Positions 26,629 through 35,892 of a stretch of DNA of 40,746 nt are shown in pieces. Position numbers and translations under genes: made by a program. Origin of the DNA: Candidatus Babelota bacterium (GTDB lineage Bacteria > Babelota > Babeliae > Babelales > UASB340). The notes below the pieces were generated by a model, which did not search any database, was not told the origin of the DNA, and worked only from the letters and a program-made list of their open reading frames with translations. Numbering within the stretch: the first letter of the stretch is position 1; every line of letters begins with the position of its first letter. Location of the stretch: NCBI GenBank assembly GCA_018897535.1, contig JAHIKO010000039.1, positions 1-40,746 on the forward strand, given 5' to 3'.

Positions 26629-26704
26629 TCCTCGGTAGCTCAGTTGGTAGAGCAAACGACTGTTAATCGTTGGGTCGCAGGTTCGAGTCCTGCCCGGGGA
26701 GCCA
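26629..26704 (+). tRNA. tRNA-Asn (anticodon GUU), CCA encoded
   Basis: TCCTCGGTAGCTCAGTTGGTAGAGCAAACGACTGTTAATCGTTGGGTCGCAGGTTCGAGTCCTGCCCGGGGAGCCA. Anticodon loop CTGTTAA. Confidence 0.9.
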
Positions 26705-26717
26705 TAAAATTTTAGCT

Positions 26718-26795
26718 GGAGCTGTAGCTCAGTTTGGTTAGAGCGTCCGCCTGTCACGCGGAAGGTCGCGAGTTCGAGTCTCGTCAGCTCCGCCA
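26718..26795 (+). tRNA. tRNA-Asp (anticodon GUC), CCA encoded
   Basis: GGAGCTGTAGCTCAGTTTGGTTAGAGCGTCCGCCTGTCACGCGGAAGGTCGCGAGTTCGAGTCTCGTCAGCTCCGCCA. Anticodon stem TCCGC/GCGGA, loop CTGTCAC. Confidence 0.9.
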
Positions 26796-26827
26796 TACTT
26801 CGCCAAGGCTATGTATGGCACAGCCAG
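26796..26827 (+). repeat. GC-rich tRNA-Asp 3' trailer box
   Basis: TACTTCGCCAAGGCTATGTATGGCACAGCCAG. It contains the exact 13-mer CTTCGCCAAGGCT, also present at 26499..26511 inside the hairpin apex. Its overall layout parallels the Val trailer (..CGC.CAAGGCTA.G..GGCA.GCCAG). Confidence 0.5.
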
Positions 26828-26836
26828 TTAAATTAG

Positions 26837-26868
26837 AAAAAGCCGTCGATAAATTCGACGGCTTTTTT
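26837..26868. terminator. Rho-independent terminator of the tRNA operon (bidirectional; also serves the convergent HAD gene)
   Basis: AAAAAGCCGTCGA-taaat-TCGACGGCTTTTTT. Confidence 0.75.
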
Positions 26869-26898
26869 GTTTTAAAACTATTTTTTACTTTATATTAA

Positions 26899-27495
26899 CT
26901 AAATAAACTTATTAACAATGTCTTCAAATTCAATAAAATTTTTATATACAAAACTATTAAAACCATACTTATTAGCTTGCTCAATATGTTTAGGTTCATC
27001 ATCCCAAAACATAATTTCATTTTTTAAAATATTATTTTTGTTTATTTTTTTATAAATATATTCAAAAAATGTTTGATCCGGTTTTTTAAGTCCAATTTCG
27101 GCTGAAGAAAAGATATCATCAAATATATCTTTAAATCTCATTTCATTTTTCATATATTCGGTTCTATATTTTTCTTGATTTGTTGCCAAATAACACTTTA
27201 TTCGCATATTTTGCAATTCTTTAATTTTTAACAATACTCGCTTATCACATTCTTTTTGCGATTCAAACCAATATTTTATTAAAAAATCAACAGATTTATC
27301 ACACTCCCATTTTTTAAGATATTTTTGAAATTCTTCTTTTAAATCAGCATCAGATATAAGACATTTTTGAAATTCATTCTTAAAAAATAATATTGATTTT
27401 TGCAAAGAAATGCCAAATTTTACGTCAAGATCATCGCTAAATCTTTTAGATGGTGTAACCATTCCATCTGAGTCAAATATTATTGCTTTTATCAT
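26899..27495 (-). CDS. HAD-superfamily hydrolase (subfamily IA-like)
   Basis: Motif I IIFDSDGM at the N-terminus, ..LATNQ.., and the C-terminal ..FWDD motif IV region. Confidence 0.7.
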   Translation of the reverse strand: MIKAIIFDSDGMVTPSKRFSDDLDVKFGISLQKSILFFKNEFQKCLISDADLKEEFQKYLKKWECDKSVDFLIKYWFESQKECDKRVLLKIKELQNMRIKCYLATNQEKYRTEYMKNEMRFKDIFDDIFSSAEIGLKKPDQTFFEYIYKKINKNNILKNEIMFWDDEPKHIEQANKYGFNSFVYKNFIEFEDIVNKFI

Positions 27496-27617
27496 TTATT
27501 TTCCTATGTATTTTAATTTTTTTATATTTATTATTTTATACAAATTTTTTAAATTTAAATATTTTATATATAATCAAAAAAACTTTTATATTTTCAATAT
27601 TAAAAAAGGATAATTTC

Positions 27618-28526
27618 ATGAGTATAAAAAAAACAATTTTTCTTGTTTTAATACTAAACGGTATTTTTCTATCTCTATTTATTCGAAATAATAAGCAAAG
27701 TAAAATACATTTGCATAACTTTGCAAGAATAATAAAACAAGAATTAACAGAACCTGAAATAAAATACCAAAATAGAATTCCAAGTTTCGTTGAAAATATT
27801 TATAAATATTTTGTATACTTATTTTCAACAGATCATGAAAACTTGCCGGCAATAAACCATATAAGAAATTTTAAAATTCTATCCAACACAAATACAGAAT
27901 TTTATACTCTTTATCAGGAAATTTTCACAGAAAAATTATATTACTTTGATTTAAAAAATGAAAAACCATTCATAGTAGATTGCGGTAGCAATATAGGTAT
28001 GTCCATATTGTTTTTTAAATTATTATATCCAAATTCAGAAATTTTAGGTTTTGAACCATCCAATATTAACTTTAATTTATTAAAAAAAAACATAGAAAAT
28101 AATAAATTGGATAATACAAAAATATTTAAAAAAGCTCTGTCTAATAAAATTGAATCTTTAAAATTATATGGAACGGGAACTCCGCTGGGATCAATTATAA
28201 GTGATAATCCTCATAATAGATCAAATTATGAAATAATTGAAACCGATTTACTTTCAAATTACATAAATAAAAAAGTAGATTTATTAAAAATAGACACCGA
28301 AGGAGCCGAAACATTAATAATTGAAGATTTAGATTCCAAAAACAAATTAAATTTTATTGACAAAATAATAATGGAATATCATCATTTCACTACACAAAAT
28401 AAATTATCTAATTTATTGAGTATTTTAGAAAAAAACAATTTTGCATACCAAATATGCAGTGATCAACATCCGCCAATGGAAAATAGGCTAGCACAACACT
28501 TTTTTATATATGCTTACAAAAAATAA
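27618..28526 (+). CDS. FkbM-family SAM-dependent methyltransferase with an N-terminal membrane anchor
   Basis: Start set to the ATG preceded by AAAAAGGA; the upstream part of the listed ORF is promoter-like AT-rich sequence. FIVDCGSNIGMSILFF (SAM-binding G-rich motif), GFEP....F..L..N, and LLKIDTEGAE typical of FkbM. Confidence 0.7.
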   Translation: MSIKKTIFLVLILNGIFLSLFIRNNKQSKIHLHNFARIIKQELTEPEIKYQNRIPSFVENIYKYFVYLFSTDHENLPAINHIRNFKILSNTNTEFYTLYQEIFTEKLYYFDLKNEKPFIVDCGSNIGMSILFFKLLYPNSEILGFEPSNINFNLLKKNIENNKLDNTKIFKKALSNKIESLKLYGTGTPLGSIISDNPHNRSNYEIIETDLLSNYINKKVDLLKIDTEGAETLIIEDLDSKNKLNFIDKIIMEYHHFTTQNKLSNLLSILEKNNFAYQICSDQHPPMENRLAQHFFIYAYKK

Positions 28527-28536
28527 AGGATCAAAT

Positions 28537-29544
28537 ATGATAAACGAAATAACCCTTTGGCCTCAAAAAATAAAAGACGGTCTCGACTTAGCTCATAATT
28601 TTTATTTTGAAAATTCGGCAAAGCTACCAAAAAATACAAAAAAGATTGCATTTTTTGGAATGGGCGGATCGGGTATTGCCGGTCGAATAGTAAAAACATT
28701 TTTAGATAAAAAAAGCAATATACCTTCATTTATAATAGATTCCCCGGAAGTACCAAAATATATAGATACGGATACGTTATGTTTTGTTATAACATATTCC
28801 GGAAACACTTGGGAAACTATATCTGCATTAAATTATTTAACCGAAAATTTTATACCAACAATAGTAATATCTCATAACGGTAAGGCATCAGAAATCGCTG
28901 AATTAAAAAATTTACCATTTATATTAATGCCAAACTCAAGTCAACCAAGAGCCGCACTTGGTAATTTTCTGGGTTTAATCTTAGGATTACTTGATCTAAT
29001 GAATATAATTCCAACCAAATTAATGCTTGAGAATTTTATAAAACAAGCAAATCTTTATATTCCAAAATTTGAAGATGAATCCTATTTTAACGACTTTTTA
29101 TATGCCGCAAACGGTAAAAATATGTTTCATATATTTGGGATCTCAGGTGACAGTGCAGAATTTGCATATAGAGCTCAAACCCAATTTAATGAAAACAGCA
29201 AAATACGAGCTGTATATTCTTCATTTCCTGAATGTTGCCACAATTTATTAGTAGGATTTACAGATAGTAATGATAATCCGCTTGTTTTAATAACTCATAC
29301 CGATTTTATATCAAATAATCTTAATTTGGCCATTCAAGCAACTATTGAAATTTTAAAAGAAAACGGTGCTATTCTTTACAAAATGCCTGTTTTGGGTGAT
29401 AATTGGGAAGACCAGTTATTCCACATAATTTTATGGGGCGATTTTGCATCCTATTATTTGGGGAAAAAACGGGGGGTCGAAATAGCTCCGGTAAAACTTA
29501 TAGATACTTTAAAAGCTAAACATAAAGCAAAGGGTATAAAATAA
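28537..29544 (+). CDS. SIS-domain bifunctional phosphoglucose/phosphomannose isomerase family protein
   Basis: Start at the ATG preceded by [19 protein letters not shown] and [12 protein letters not shown] are SIS motifs. Length and C-terminal domain fit the PGI/PMI family. Confidence 0.65.
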   Translation: MINEITLWPQKIKDGLDLAHNFYFENSAKLPKNTKKIAFFGMGGSGIAGRIVKTFLDKKSNIPSFIIDSPEVPKYIDTDTLCFVITYSGNTWETISALNYLTENFIPTIVISHNGKASEIAELKNLPFILMPNSSQPRAALGNFLGLILGLLDLMNIIPTKLMLENFIKQANLYIPKFEDESYFNDFLYAANGKNMFHIFGISGDSAEFAYRAQTQFNENSKIRAVYSSFPECCHNLLVGFTDSNDNPLVLITHTDFISNNLNLAIQATIEILKENGAILYKMPVLGDNWEDQLFHIILWGDFASYYLGKKRGVEIAPVKLIDTLKAKHKAKGIK

Positions 29545-29741
29545 TGAAAAAAGATATACATCCACAAATTAACGAACTAACAATACGATGTGCCTGCGGT
29601 AATGCGATAAAAACAACATCAACAAAAAAAGATATCAATATAGACATTTGTTCTGCATGCCACCCATTTTTCACTGGACAACATAAATTTGTTGATACAG
29701 CAGGAAGAATAGAAAAATTCCAGAAAAAATATAAAAAATAA
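29544..29741 (+). CDS. rpmE: 50S ribosomal protein L31
   Basis: MKKDIHP...CACG.......[28 protein letters not shown]. The start overlaps the upstream stop (TAATG). Confidence 0.95.
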   Translation: MKKDIHPQINELTIRCACGNAIKTTSTKKDINIDICSACHPFFTGQHKFVDTAGRIEKFQKKYKK

Positions 29742-29759
29742 CAATCAAAAACATCAAAT

Positions 29760-30842
29760 ATGATAAATTTAGATTGGGATTTAATATACAAAAAACACGA
29801 AGAATTTTTGCAAGCTCTTTCTAACCCTAATATGGATAAAAGAGAAAGAGCTTCTTTGCAAAAAAAAGAAACCGAATATTCCAATCTAATTTCTGCACAT
29901 AAAAATATAGAAAATACTCAAAAAGAACTTTTAGAACTTATATCTCAAAAAAATTCCGAAAAAGATCCCGAGCTTAAAGATTTATTTGAAGAAGAAATAA
30001 AAAACAACGAAGAAAAAATTAAGATTTTAGAAAAAGATCTTGAAGACACACTTTATCCTGCGGATGAAAAAGATGAACGTTCGGTGTTTTTAGAAATTCG
30101 AGCCGGTGCCGGTGGTCAAGAAGCAGCTCTATTTGTATCAGATTTGTTCAAAACATATTCCAATTATGCTTTATCAAAAAATTGGGATGTTTCAATTGTA
30201 GATACAAGCTCAACGGACCTTGGCGGTTTTAAAGAACTTATTGCATTTATTAAGGGTAAAAACGTATATAAGTATTTAAAATATGAATCCGGTGTTCATA
30301 GAGTTCAACGTGTACCAAAAACTGAAACAGCAGGAAGGATTCACACATCGACGGTAACTGTAGCAGTTTTACCGGAAGCAAAAGACCTTGATGTTCAAAT
30401 CAATCCTCAAGATTTAAGGATTGATACATATAGAGCCGGTGGAGCAGGCGGACAACATGTTAATAAAACCGAATCTGCAATACGAATTACACATATTCCA
30501 ACCGGAGTTGTTGTGACATGCCAAGATGAACGATCTCAAACAAAAAATAAAGAACGCGCTTTAAAAATGCTTCAATCAAGAATATTAAAAGCAGAAGAAG
30601 AGAGAAAAGATTCTCAAATGCGAGCAGAAAGAAAACAACAAGTTGGAATGGGCGAACGAGCAGAAAAAGTTCGTACATATAATTATCCCCAAAATAGAAT
30701 AAGCGATCATAGAATAGAATTGACGCTCAAAAAATTAGATATAATTATGGCATCGGGGCAACTTGATGAAATTATTGAACCTCTAATTATTTGGGAAAAG
30801 AAGAACGAAAAAAAGAAGATACTGAATTCTCCAAATATCTAA
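29760..30842 (+). CDS. prfA: Peptide chain release factor 1
   Basis: GGQ motif in RAGGAGGQHVNKTESAIRITH. The RF1-type tripeptide region is RVQRVPKTETAGRIHTS (P-x-T). Uninterrupted reading frame. Confidence 0.9.
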   Translation: MINLDWDLIYKKHEEFLQALSNPNMDKRERASLQKKETEYSNLISAHKNIENTQKELLELISQKNSEKDPELKDLFEEEIKNNEEKIKILEKDLEDTLYPADEKDERSVFLEIRAGAGGQEAALFVSDLFKTYSNYALSKNWDVSIVDTSSTDLGGFKELIAFIKGKNVYKYLKYESGVHRVQRVPKTETAGRIHTSTVTVAVLPEAKDLDVQINPQDLRIDTYRAGGAGGQHVNKTESAIRITHIPTGVVVTCQDERSQTKNKERALKMLQSRILKAEEERKDSQMRAERKQQVGMGERAEKVRTYNYPQNRISDHRIELTLKKLDIIMASGQLDEIIEPLIIWEKKNEKKKILNSPNI

Positions 30843-30943
30843 AATAAATAATAAAATATTTTTATTAATACAAAAAATCTAAAAAATATATATATTACTT
30901 AACAGTAAAATTTACTTTAATTTTAAAAAAGTTAGGAGTATAT

Positions 30944-31333
30944 GTGCTAAAAAAAAAATTTTTATTTTTAGGACTTGCAACAATTTTAACCTCACAAATA
31001 GATGCTACTATATATAAAGTTAATAATAAAAAAGCAACATCTTGTATAGCACTGTGTATTTATGATAACGGAGAAGAATTAATTAAAACAATAAATTCAC
31101 ATGACCAATTAATTTTAAGCCCCATAGCATCCGATCATGAAGATAAATCAGCACAAGTAAGTTCTATCTATATCTTTAAATCTTTAGACGATATAAAAAT
31201 TTATGATAATTCTATATTATCAAATTATTTATTTGTCTTATTTTTTAAAAATTCTGAAGAAAAATTTCAAGAAATAACCATTTATAGTGATAGCAGTTTG
31301 GTAGTACAAAAATTAGCAAATTTAAAGGATTAA
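30944..31333 (+). CDS. Small exported hypothetical protein
   Basis: GTG start with TAGGAG upstream. Signal peptide (FLFLGLATILTSQIDA). The stop lies 1 nt before the nupC-like start. No recognised family. Confidence 0.5.
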   Translation: MLKKKFLFLGLATILTSQIDATIYKVNNKKATSCIALCIYDNGEELIKTINSHDQLILSPIASDHEDKSAQVSSIYIFKSLDDIKIYDNSILSNYLFVLFFKNSEEKFQEITIYSDSSLVVQKLANLKD

Positions 31334-31334
31334 T

Positions 31335-32576
31335 ATGAATTTTATTTTTCAATATTTTACAACGAATAATCACTACATGAGTTTATTGGGTATATTAATA
31401 ATATTTATTGTTGCATTTTTGTTTTCACAAAAGAAAAAAAATATTAGATATTTAAAACTTCTTATTGCACTTGCTTTACAAGTATTAATAGCTTTTTTAA
31501 TTTTAAATACAAATTTAGGTAGAGACATTTTTCATAATATAGCCATAGGATTTAATAAAATTAATGCATTCGCAGATGAAGGCATAAAATTTGTTTTTGG
31601 TGATTTAGTTGATCCATCAGGAAGTTGGGGATATATTTTCGCCATCAAAGTATTGCCTATAATAATATTCTTTGGCGCATTAATGTCATTACTTTATCAC
31701 ATAGGCTTAGTCCAAATTTTTGTAAGAGCATTAAATTTTTGCTTAAGCCCTATTCTTGGGACATCCGGGGCAGAAACATTATGTGCTGCAGCAAACAGCA
31801 TGCTTGACCCAAGTGCTTCAGCATTAATAATAAAAAATGAATTGAAACATCTTACAGACTCTGAAATGTTAACGGTTATGATAGCAGGAATGTCAACAAT
31901 TACAGCATCATTGATAGCTGTTTATGGATCAATCGGTGTATCTATGATTCATATGCTCACAGCCTCTGTAATGTCTATTCCCGGAGCTCTATTGATTTCA
32001 AAAATTTTATTACCGGAAACTGAAAAACCTAAAACTGCTGCCGGAAATAAAATTAGTCTAGAAAAAGACAGCTCAAATATTTTAGATGCAATATCATCCG
32101 GAACAATGTCAGGTTTAAATGTTGCGCTTGCAGTTGGAGCAATGCTTTTAGTATTTATAGGCTTAATGTCAATGATTGATACAGGACTTACACAAATTAC
32201 AGGATATTTTTTTGAAAAACCATACAGCTTAAATGAAATTTTAGGAAAATTATTTTCAGGAATATCTTATATAATAGGAATAGAATCTAAAGATGCTGTA
32301 ACAGCCGGAGCACTTCTTGGTCAAAAAATAGCACTAAATGAATTTGTAGCATATGCAAATATGGTAAAAGCAACATTATCTGAAAGATCTGTAACTATTT
32401 TAACCTATGCTATCTGTGGTTTTTCAAATATTTCAGTAATCGGTATTTTAATTGGTGGAATCGGAGCGCTTGTCCCAAGTAAAAAACAATTTATCACCAA
32501 ATATGGCTTTAGAGCATTACTTGGTGGAACTTTGGTAAATTTATTAAATGCTGCAATTGCCAGCCTTTTAATATAA
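31335..32576 (+). CDS. nupC: Concentrative nucleoside transporter (NupC/CNT family)
   Basis: Polytopic membrane protein with CNT-like segments (..G..F.FG.L......G.IFA..VLP.IIFF.AL...LY..G..Q, ..GF..IS.IGI..G..). Confidence 0.8.
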   Translation: MNFIFQYFTTNNHYMSLLGILIIFIVAFLFSQKKKNIRYLKLLIALALQVLIAFLILNTNLGRDIFHNIAIGFNKINAFADEGIKFVFGDLVDPSGSWGYIFAIKVLPIIIFFGALMSLLYHIGLVQIFVRALNFCLSPILGTSGAETLCAAANSMLDPSASALIIKNELKHLTDSEMLTVMIAGMSTITASLIAVYGSIGVSMIHMLTASVMSIPGALLISKILLPETEKPKTAAGNKISLEKDSSNILDAISSGTMSGLNVALAVGAMLLVFIGLMSMIDTGLTQITGYFFEKPYSLNEILGKLFSGISYIIGIESKDAVTAGALLGQKIALNEFVAYANMVKATLSERSVTILTYAICGFSNISVIGILIGGIGALVPSKKQFITKYGFRALLGGTLVNLLNAAIASLLI

Positions 32577-32582
32577 ATATTT

Positions 32583-32603
32583 GGGCGGGATTTATTCCCG
32601 CCC
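32583..32603 (+). terminator. Hairpin terminator candidate after the nupC-like gene
   Basis: GGGCGGGA-tttat-TCCCGCCC followed by a T-containing tract. It is the only GC-rich stretch in this intergenic region. Confidence 0.5.
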
Positions 32604-32635
32604 TCTTAAATTTAATGAGAAAGTGTGGGGTAAGT

Positions 32636-34249
32636 ATGAAAAAAAATTTAAATATTTTTTATAAATTATATTTGTTGTTTTCAATAATCTCTATATTTGT
32701 CTTTGGTAAATTAAATTCAATAACACAAAAAGCACACTTAACATCTGCTTGGTATCCACAAGAAAAAACAGAACTTACTAAAGAATTAAATTTTTATATC
32801 AAAAAAGCAAAAGAAAAATTTAAACTTAAAAATAATCCTGCAGATATAAAGATTATTATAGCGCCACATGCAGGATATTATTATTCAGGCCTTTGTGCCG
32901 CTACAGCCTATCAAACACTTTTAAGTGAAAATAAAAAGAATTCGAAAATAAAAAATATTATAATTTTATCGCCAAGTCATACAAAATATTTTGAAGGTAT
33001 TGCAATTCCCAATTTTGATAATTACGAAAATTGCTTAGGCTCAATTAATATCGATAAAAATAAAATAGAAAAATTAAAAACAAATAGTTCTTATAAATTC
33101 GTAGAAAAAGTTTTTGAACAAGAACACGCAATAGAAATACAGTTGCCATTTTTACAACACACAGTAGAAAATTTTACAATAATTCCACTTATTGTTGGTT
33201 CTATAAAAGAACAGGATTATAAAACAATAGCTAATCATTTGAAAAATATAATAGATGAAAATACACTTATTGTTATAAGCTCCGATTTTATACATTATGG
33301 TAAAGATTATGATTACACCCCATTCGATTTATTCATACTTGATAATATACGATATTATGATACAGAGGCCTTATATGCAATAGGTAAACAATCTTATAAT
33401 AACTTTAATAATTTACTAAGAAAAACAAATGCTACAATATGTGGGCAAAACTGCATAAAAATTTTGTTAAAACTTTTAGAAGAAAAACCATTTGGCGAAA
33501 TAGAACCACGATTAACTTGCTATTACACATCTGCTCAAATGGAACAAGCCAGAAATAATAATTATATAAATATTAAAAAATTATTATCTGATTTATCTGA
33601 CGATTTGGTAAAAAATAGCGTAAGCTATGCCGGATTAATATTTACAACAGAAAAAAATAATACATTAAAACAAGATGATCAACTTACAAATTATGAAAAA
33701 AAATCTTTATATAATTTAGCAAAAAGATCAATTGAAAACGAATTTAAAGAAAATAAAATCCCGGCTAATTTATTATGGCCTGTCAGAACACTAAGTTTGG
33801 ATAAAAATTCAGGTGCCTTTGTTACTTTAAATAAAAATGGAGAGTTAAGAGGATGCATAGGCAGAATTATTTCTAATCAAGAACTTTTTAAAACAATACA
33901 AGAAATGGCAATCGCTTCAGCTTTTAATGACAATAGATTTAATAAAATTACAAAAAACGAACTAGAAAATTTAGATATTTCAATTTCAGTTTTAACAAGT
34001 CCCAAAGGTATAAATAGTTATAACGAAATAATTTTAGGCAAACACGGGATTATACTTAAAAAACTCACAAAATCAGGATATCTTGCAAACTCAGTTTTTT
34101 TACCAAAAGTTCCTGTCGATTGGGGTTGGAATTTACAAAAAACATTGGAACAGTTAAGTTTGAAGGCCGGATTAGATAAAGATGCCTGGCAACAAGATTG
34201 TTATTTTGATATTTTTGAAAGTTTTGAAATTAAAAACAACTTAGATTAA
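32636..34249 (+). CDS. Fusion protein: N-terminal signal/anchor, Memo-like domain (AmmeMemoRadiSam protein B) and AMMECR1 domain (protein A)
   Basis: Memo motifs: IIAPHAGYYYSG, EHAIEIQLPFL, SSDFIHYG, ICGQN. AMMECR1 motif: GAFVTLNKNGELRGCIGRI in the C-terminal third. Hydrophobic N-terminus YKLYLLFSIISIFVFGKL. The start could also be ATG at 32615. Confidence 0.75.
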   Translation: MKKNLNIFYKLYLLFSIISIFVFGKLNSITQKAHLTSAWYPQEKTELTKELNFYIKKAKEKFKLKNNPADIKIIIAPHAGYYYSGLCAATAYQTLLSENKKNSKIKNIIILSPSHTKYFEGIAIPNFDNYENCLGSINIDKNKIEKLKTNSSYKFVEKVFEQEHAIEIQLPFLQHTVENFTIIPLIVGSIKEQDYKTIANHLKNIIDENTLIVISSDFIHYGKDYDYTPFDLFILDNIRYYDTEALYAIGKQSYNNFNNLLRKTNATICGQNCIKILLKLLEEKPFGEIEPRLTCYYTSAQMEQARNNNYINIKKLLSDLSDDLVKNSVSYAGLIFTTEKNNTLKQDDQLTNYEKKSLYNLAKRSIENEFKENKIPANLLWPVRTLSLDKNSGAFVTLNKNGELRGCIGRIISNQELFKTIQEMAIASAFNDNRFNKITKNELENLDISISVLTSPKGINSYNEIILGKHGIILKKLTKSGYLANSVFLPKVPVDWGWNLQKTLEQLSLKAGLDKDAWQQDCYFDIFESFEIKNNLD

Positions 34250-34251
34250 CT

Positions 34252-34287
34252 AAAAAAAGAGTTGGTTTGCGCCAACTCTTTTTTTTA
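34252..34287. terminator. Bidirectional rho-independent terminator candidate
   Basis: AAAAAAAGAGTTGG-tttgcg-CCAACTCTTTTTTTT between convergent genes ending at 34249 (+) and 34308 (-). Confidence 0.7.
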
Positions 34288-34307
34288 TTTAAGTATAAAA
34301 CAGTGAG

Positions 34308-34742
34308 TTATTTGACCTCACAAGGTTTACAATTTTTGTTTTCTTTTTTAGCTTTTTTAGTGTTTTTCATTTTTTTAGCTTTTTCAGAATAAGCTAACTT
34401 TTTCTTAGAAACGGTTCTTTCTAATTTTTCATTATTAACCTTAATTCTGAAAATCTTAGTTTCATCTTTTTTTATCTTAATATCTTTTTTCCAGTTTCCT
34501 GAAAATTTAGCAGCTTTTTCATCAGCTTTTGGCATTGTACAAACATTCATATTGCTTATCAATTTTACGTCTTTAAATGTAGCTTTTTTGTTTGGTTGAA
34601 TCTTACCTGTATAAGGTAAAACACCTTTTTCAGTCTCAACCGTATATTTTATTGGGTATTTTGTGTTATTTTCCATAACAGCAATACCGGCAAACATTCT
34701 TGAGAAAAAAGCCAAACTAAGTAATATTAAACTCTTCTTCAT
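34308..34742 (-). CDS. Small exported protein with a lysine-rich C-terminal tail, unknown function
   Basis: Signal peptide (SLILLSLAFFSRMFAG), a beta-looking core, and the tail KKKLAYSEKAKKMKNTKKAKKENKNCKPCEVK. Confidence 0.5.
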   Translation of the reverse strand: MKKSLILLSLAFFSRMFAGIAVMENNTKYPIKYTVETEKGVLPYTGKIQPNKKATFKDVKLISNMNVCTMPKADEKAAKFSGNWKKDIKIKKDETKIFRIKVNNEKLERTVSKKKLAYSEKAKKMKNTKKAKKENKNCKPCEVK

Positions 34743-34874
34743 AAAATCCCCCTCATATACTACTTTAAACTTCTAGGGCTACTTCACCCTAACCAATTTT
34801 AACTTAGCATATATTATTTCTATTAGTCAATAAAAAAACAATATACTTAAAATAACAAGCTTTTTTTATAAATT

Positions 34875-35084
34875 TTAAGGTTTTTCTTCTATCTTTTTGA
34901 TTGCTTCGAATGGACAAATTAGAACGCATTGCCCACATTTTTGACATTTTTCTTCGTTTATTTTAACTTTTCCGTCATTTTCATAAAAAATTGCATCATG
35001 AGGACAAGCTTGAATGCAACCACCACAGCCAGCACAGTTTTTTTTATTCACTAAAAATTTAATCAAACTCTTTTTATTTTCCAT
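34875..35084 (-). CDS. 2x[4Fe-4S] ferredoxin
   Basis: Two canonical motifs, CAGCGGCIQACP and CQKCGQCVLICP, in 69 aa. Overlaps the upstream gene by 11 nt. Confidence 0.85.
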   Translation of the reverse strand: MENKKSLIKFLVNKKNCAGCGGCIQACPHDAIFYENDGKVKINEEKCQKCGQCVLICPFEAIKKIEEKP

Positions 35085-35892
35085 TTTCTTGTTCTTCCAA
35101 TTTCTTTTTAATAAATGGGCAATTTGTTTCCAATTTTTTATTATCTAAAACAGCTCGAATAAATTCATTACAAGATTTTAAGCCACATTTGCCACAATTT
35201 AAATTAGGAACCAATTCTTTTAATTTTTTTCCATTCAAAAATCGATTTCTTTCAAGCGCAGGGTCAAGAATTTTGCAACCATAACAATAGCCACAAATAG
35301 CTGAAGGCATTGAATGTTTTAATGTTAGTTTTTGATTTGTTGATATGGCTAAACTTTCTTTAATGTAATCAGCAAGGTCAAAAGAACCTTCACCTGAAAG
35401 ACCATTAACTTCCACTATATGTGTTTTTGAATTTACATCTAAAACATTTACTCTAAAAATTTCTCTTTCTGCTTGAGAAATTAAATCCGCTTTACTTATT
35501 GCAATAATGTCAGCCTGCGTCAAAATTGGACCATATCTGTCGGGACTGCCTGCAGTTATATCAAGAACATTTATACCTAAGCCTTCTTTTACATATGGAG
35601 AACAACGTAAACATAAACCCGCAGTTTCTATAATTAATAAATCTCTATCGGCATATTCTTTGACCATACGTGACAATTCTAAGGCTGTATAATGATCCGG
35701 GCACAATTCTTCCGCCAATCTTTTTTCAGTTTCAACTCCACACTTTTGAGAAATAAGTTCATCATCATTAGTTTTTAAACAATCAAATTTTATGAATAAA
35801 ACATTAAATTCATGTTTTAATTTATTAATTACATGTTTTATAATACTGGTTTTTCCACATCCGGGAGTTCCTGCAAATATAACCAATTTCAT
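35074..35892 (-). CDS. G3E-family (HypB/UreG-like) P-loop GTPase fused to a C-terminal Cys-rich Fe-S cluster domain
   Basis: P-loop GTPGCGKT. CPDH sits where UreG has CPH. IIETAG (Walker B/switch II), then LCLRCSP (compare HypB NLVCPA), then SKAD (NKxD). The tail has CGYCYGC and CGKCGLKSC-x16-C (C-x2-C-x4-C-x16-C). Confidence 0.7.
   Translation of the reverse strand: MKLVIFAGTPGCGKTSIIKHVINKLKHEFNVLFIKFDCLKTNDDELISQKCGVETEKRLAEELCPDHYTALELSRMVKEYADRDLLIIETAGLCLRCSPYVKEGLGINVLDITAGSPDRYGPILTQADIIAISKADLISQAEREIFRVNVLDVNSKTHIVEVNGLSGEGSFDLADYIKESLAISTNQKLTLKHSMPSAICGYCYGCKILDPALERNRFLNGKKLKELVPNLNCGKCGLKSCNEFIRAVLDNKKLETNCPFIKKKLEEQENGK

Noticed and set aside
26398-26796. 132-aa minus-strand ORF in the ORF track.
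   Set aside because: It runs antisense across tRNA-Asn, tRNA-Asp and the GC-rich spacer. The frame stays open only because this stretch is GC-rich and so poor in stop codons. It has no ribosome-binding site and no protein-like features.
27483-27617. The N-terminal 45 codons of the listed 347-aa ORF (MLLSFIFLCILIFLYLLFY...).
   Set aside because: This stretch overlaps the start of the divergent HAD gene and its AT-rich promoter region. An internal ATG at 27618 with an AAAAAGGA ribosome-binding site gives a normal anchored FkbM protein.
29516-29884. 122-aa minus-strand ORF.
   Set aside because: It is antisense across rpmE and the start of prfA, both of which are unambiguous.
29760-30842. A possible programmed +1 frameshift in the release factor gene.
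   Set aside because: The gene is RF1 (P-x-T type) with a single uninterrupted frame. The frameshift is a feature of prfB only.
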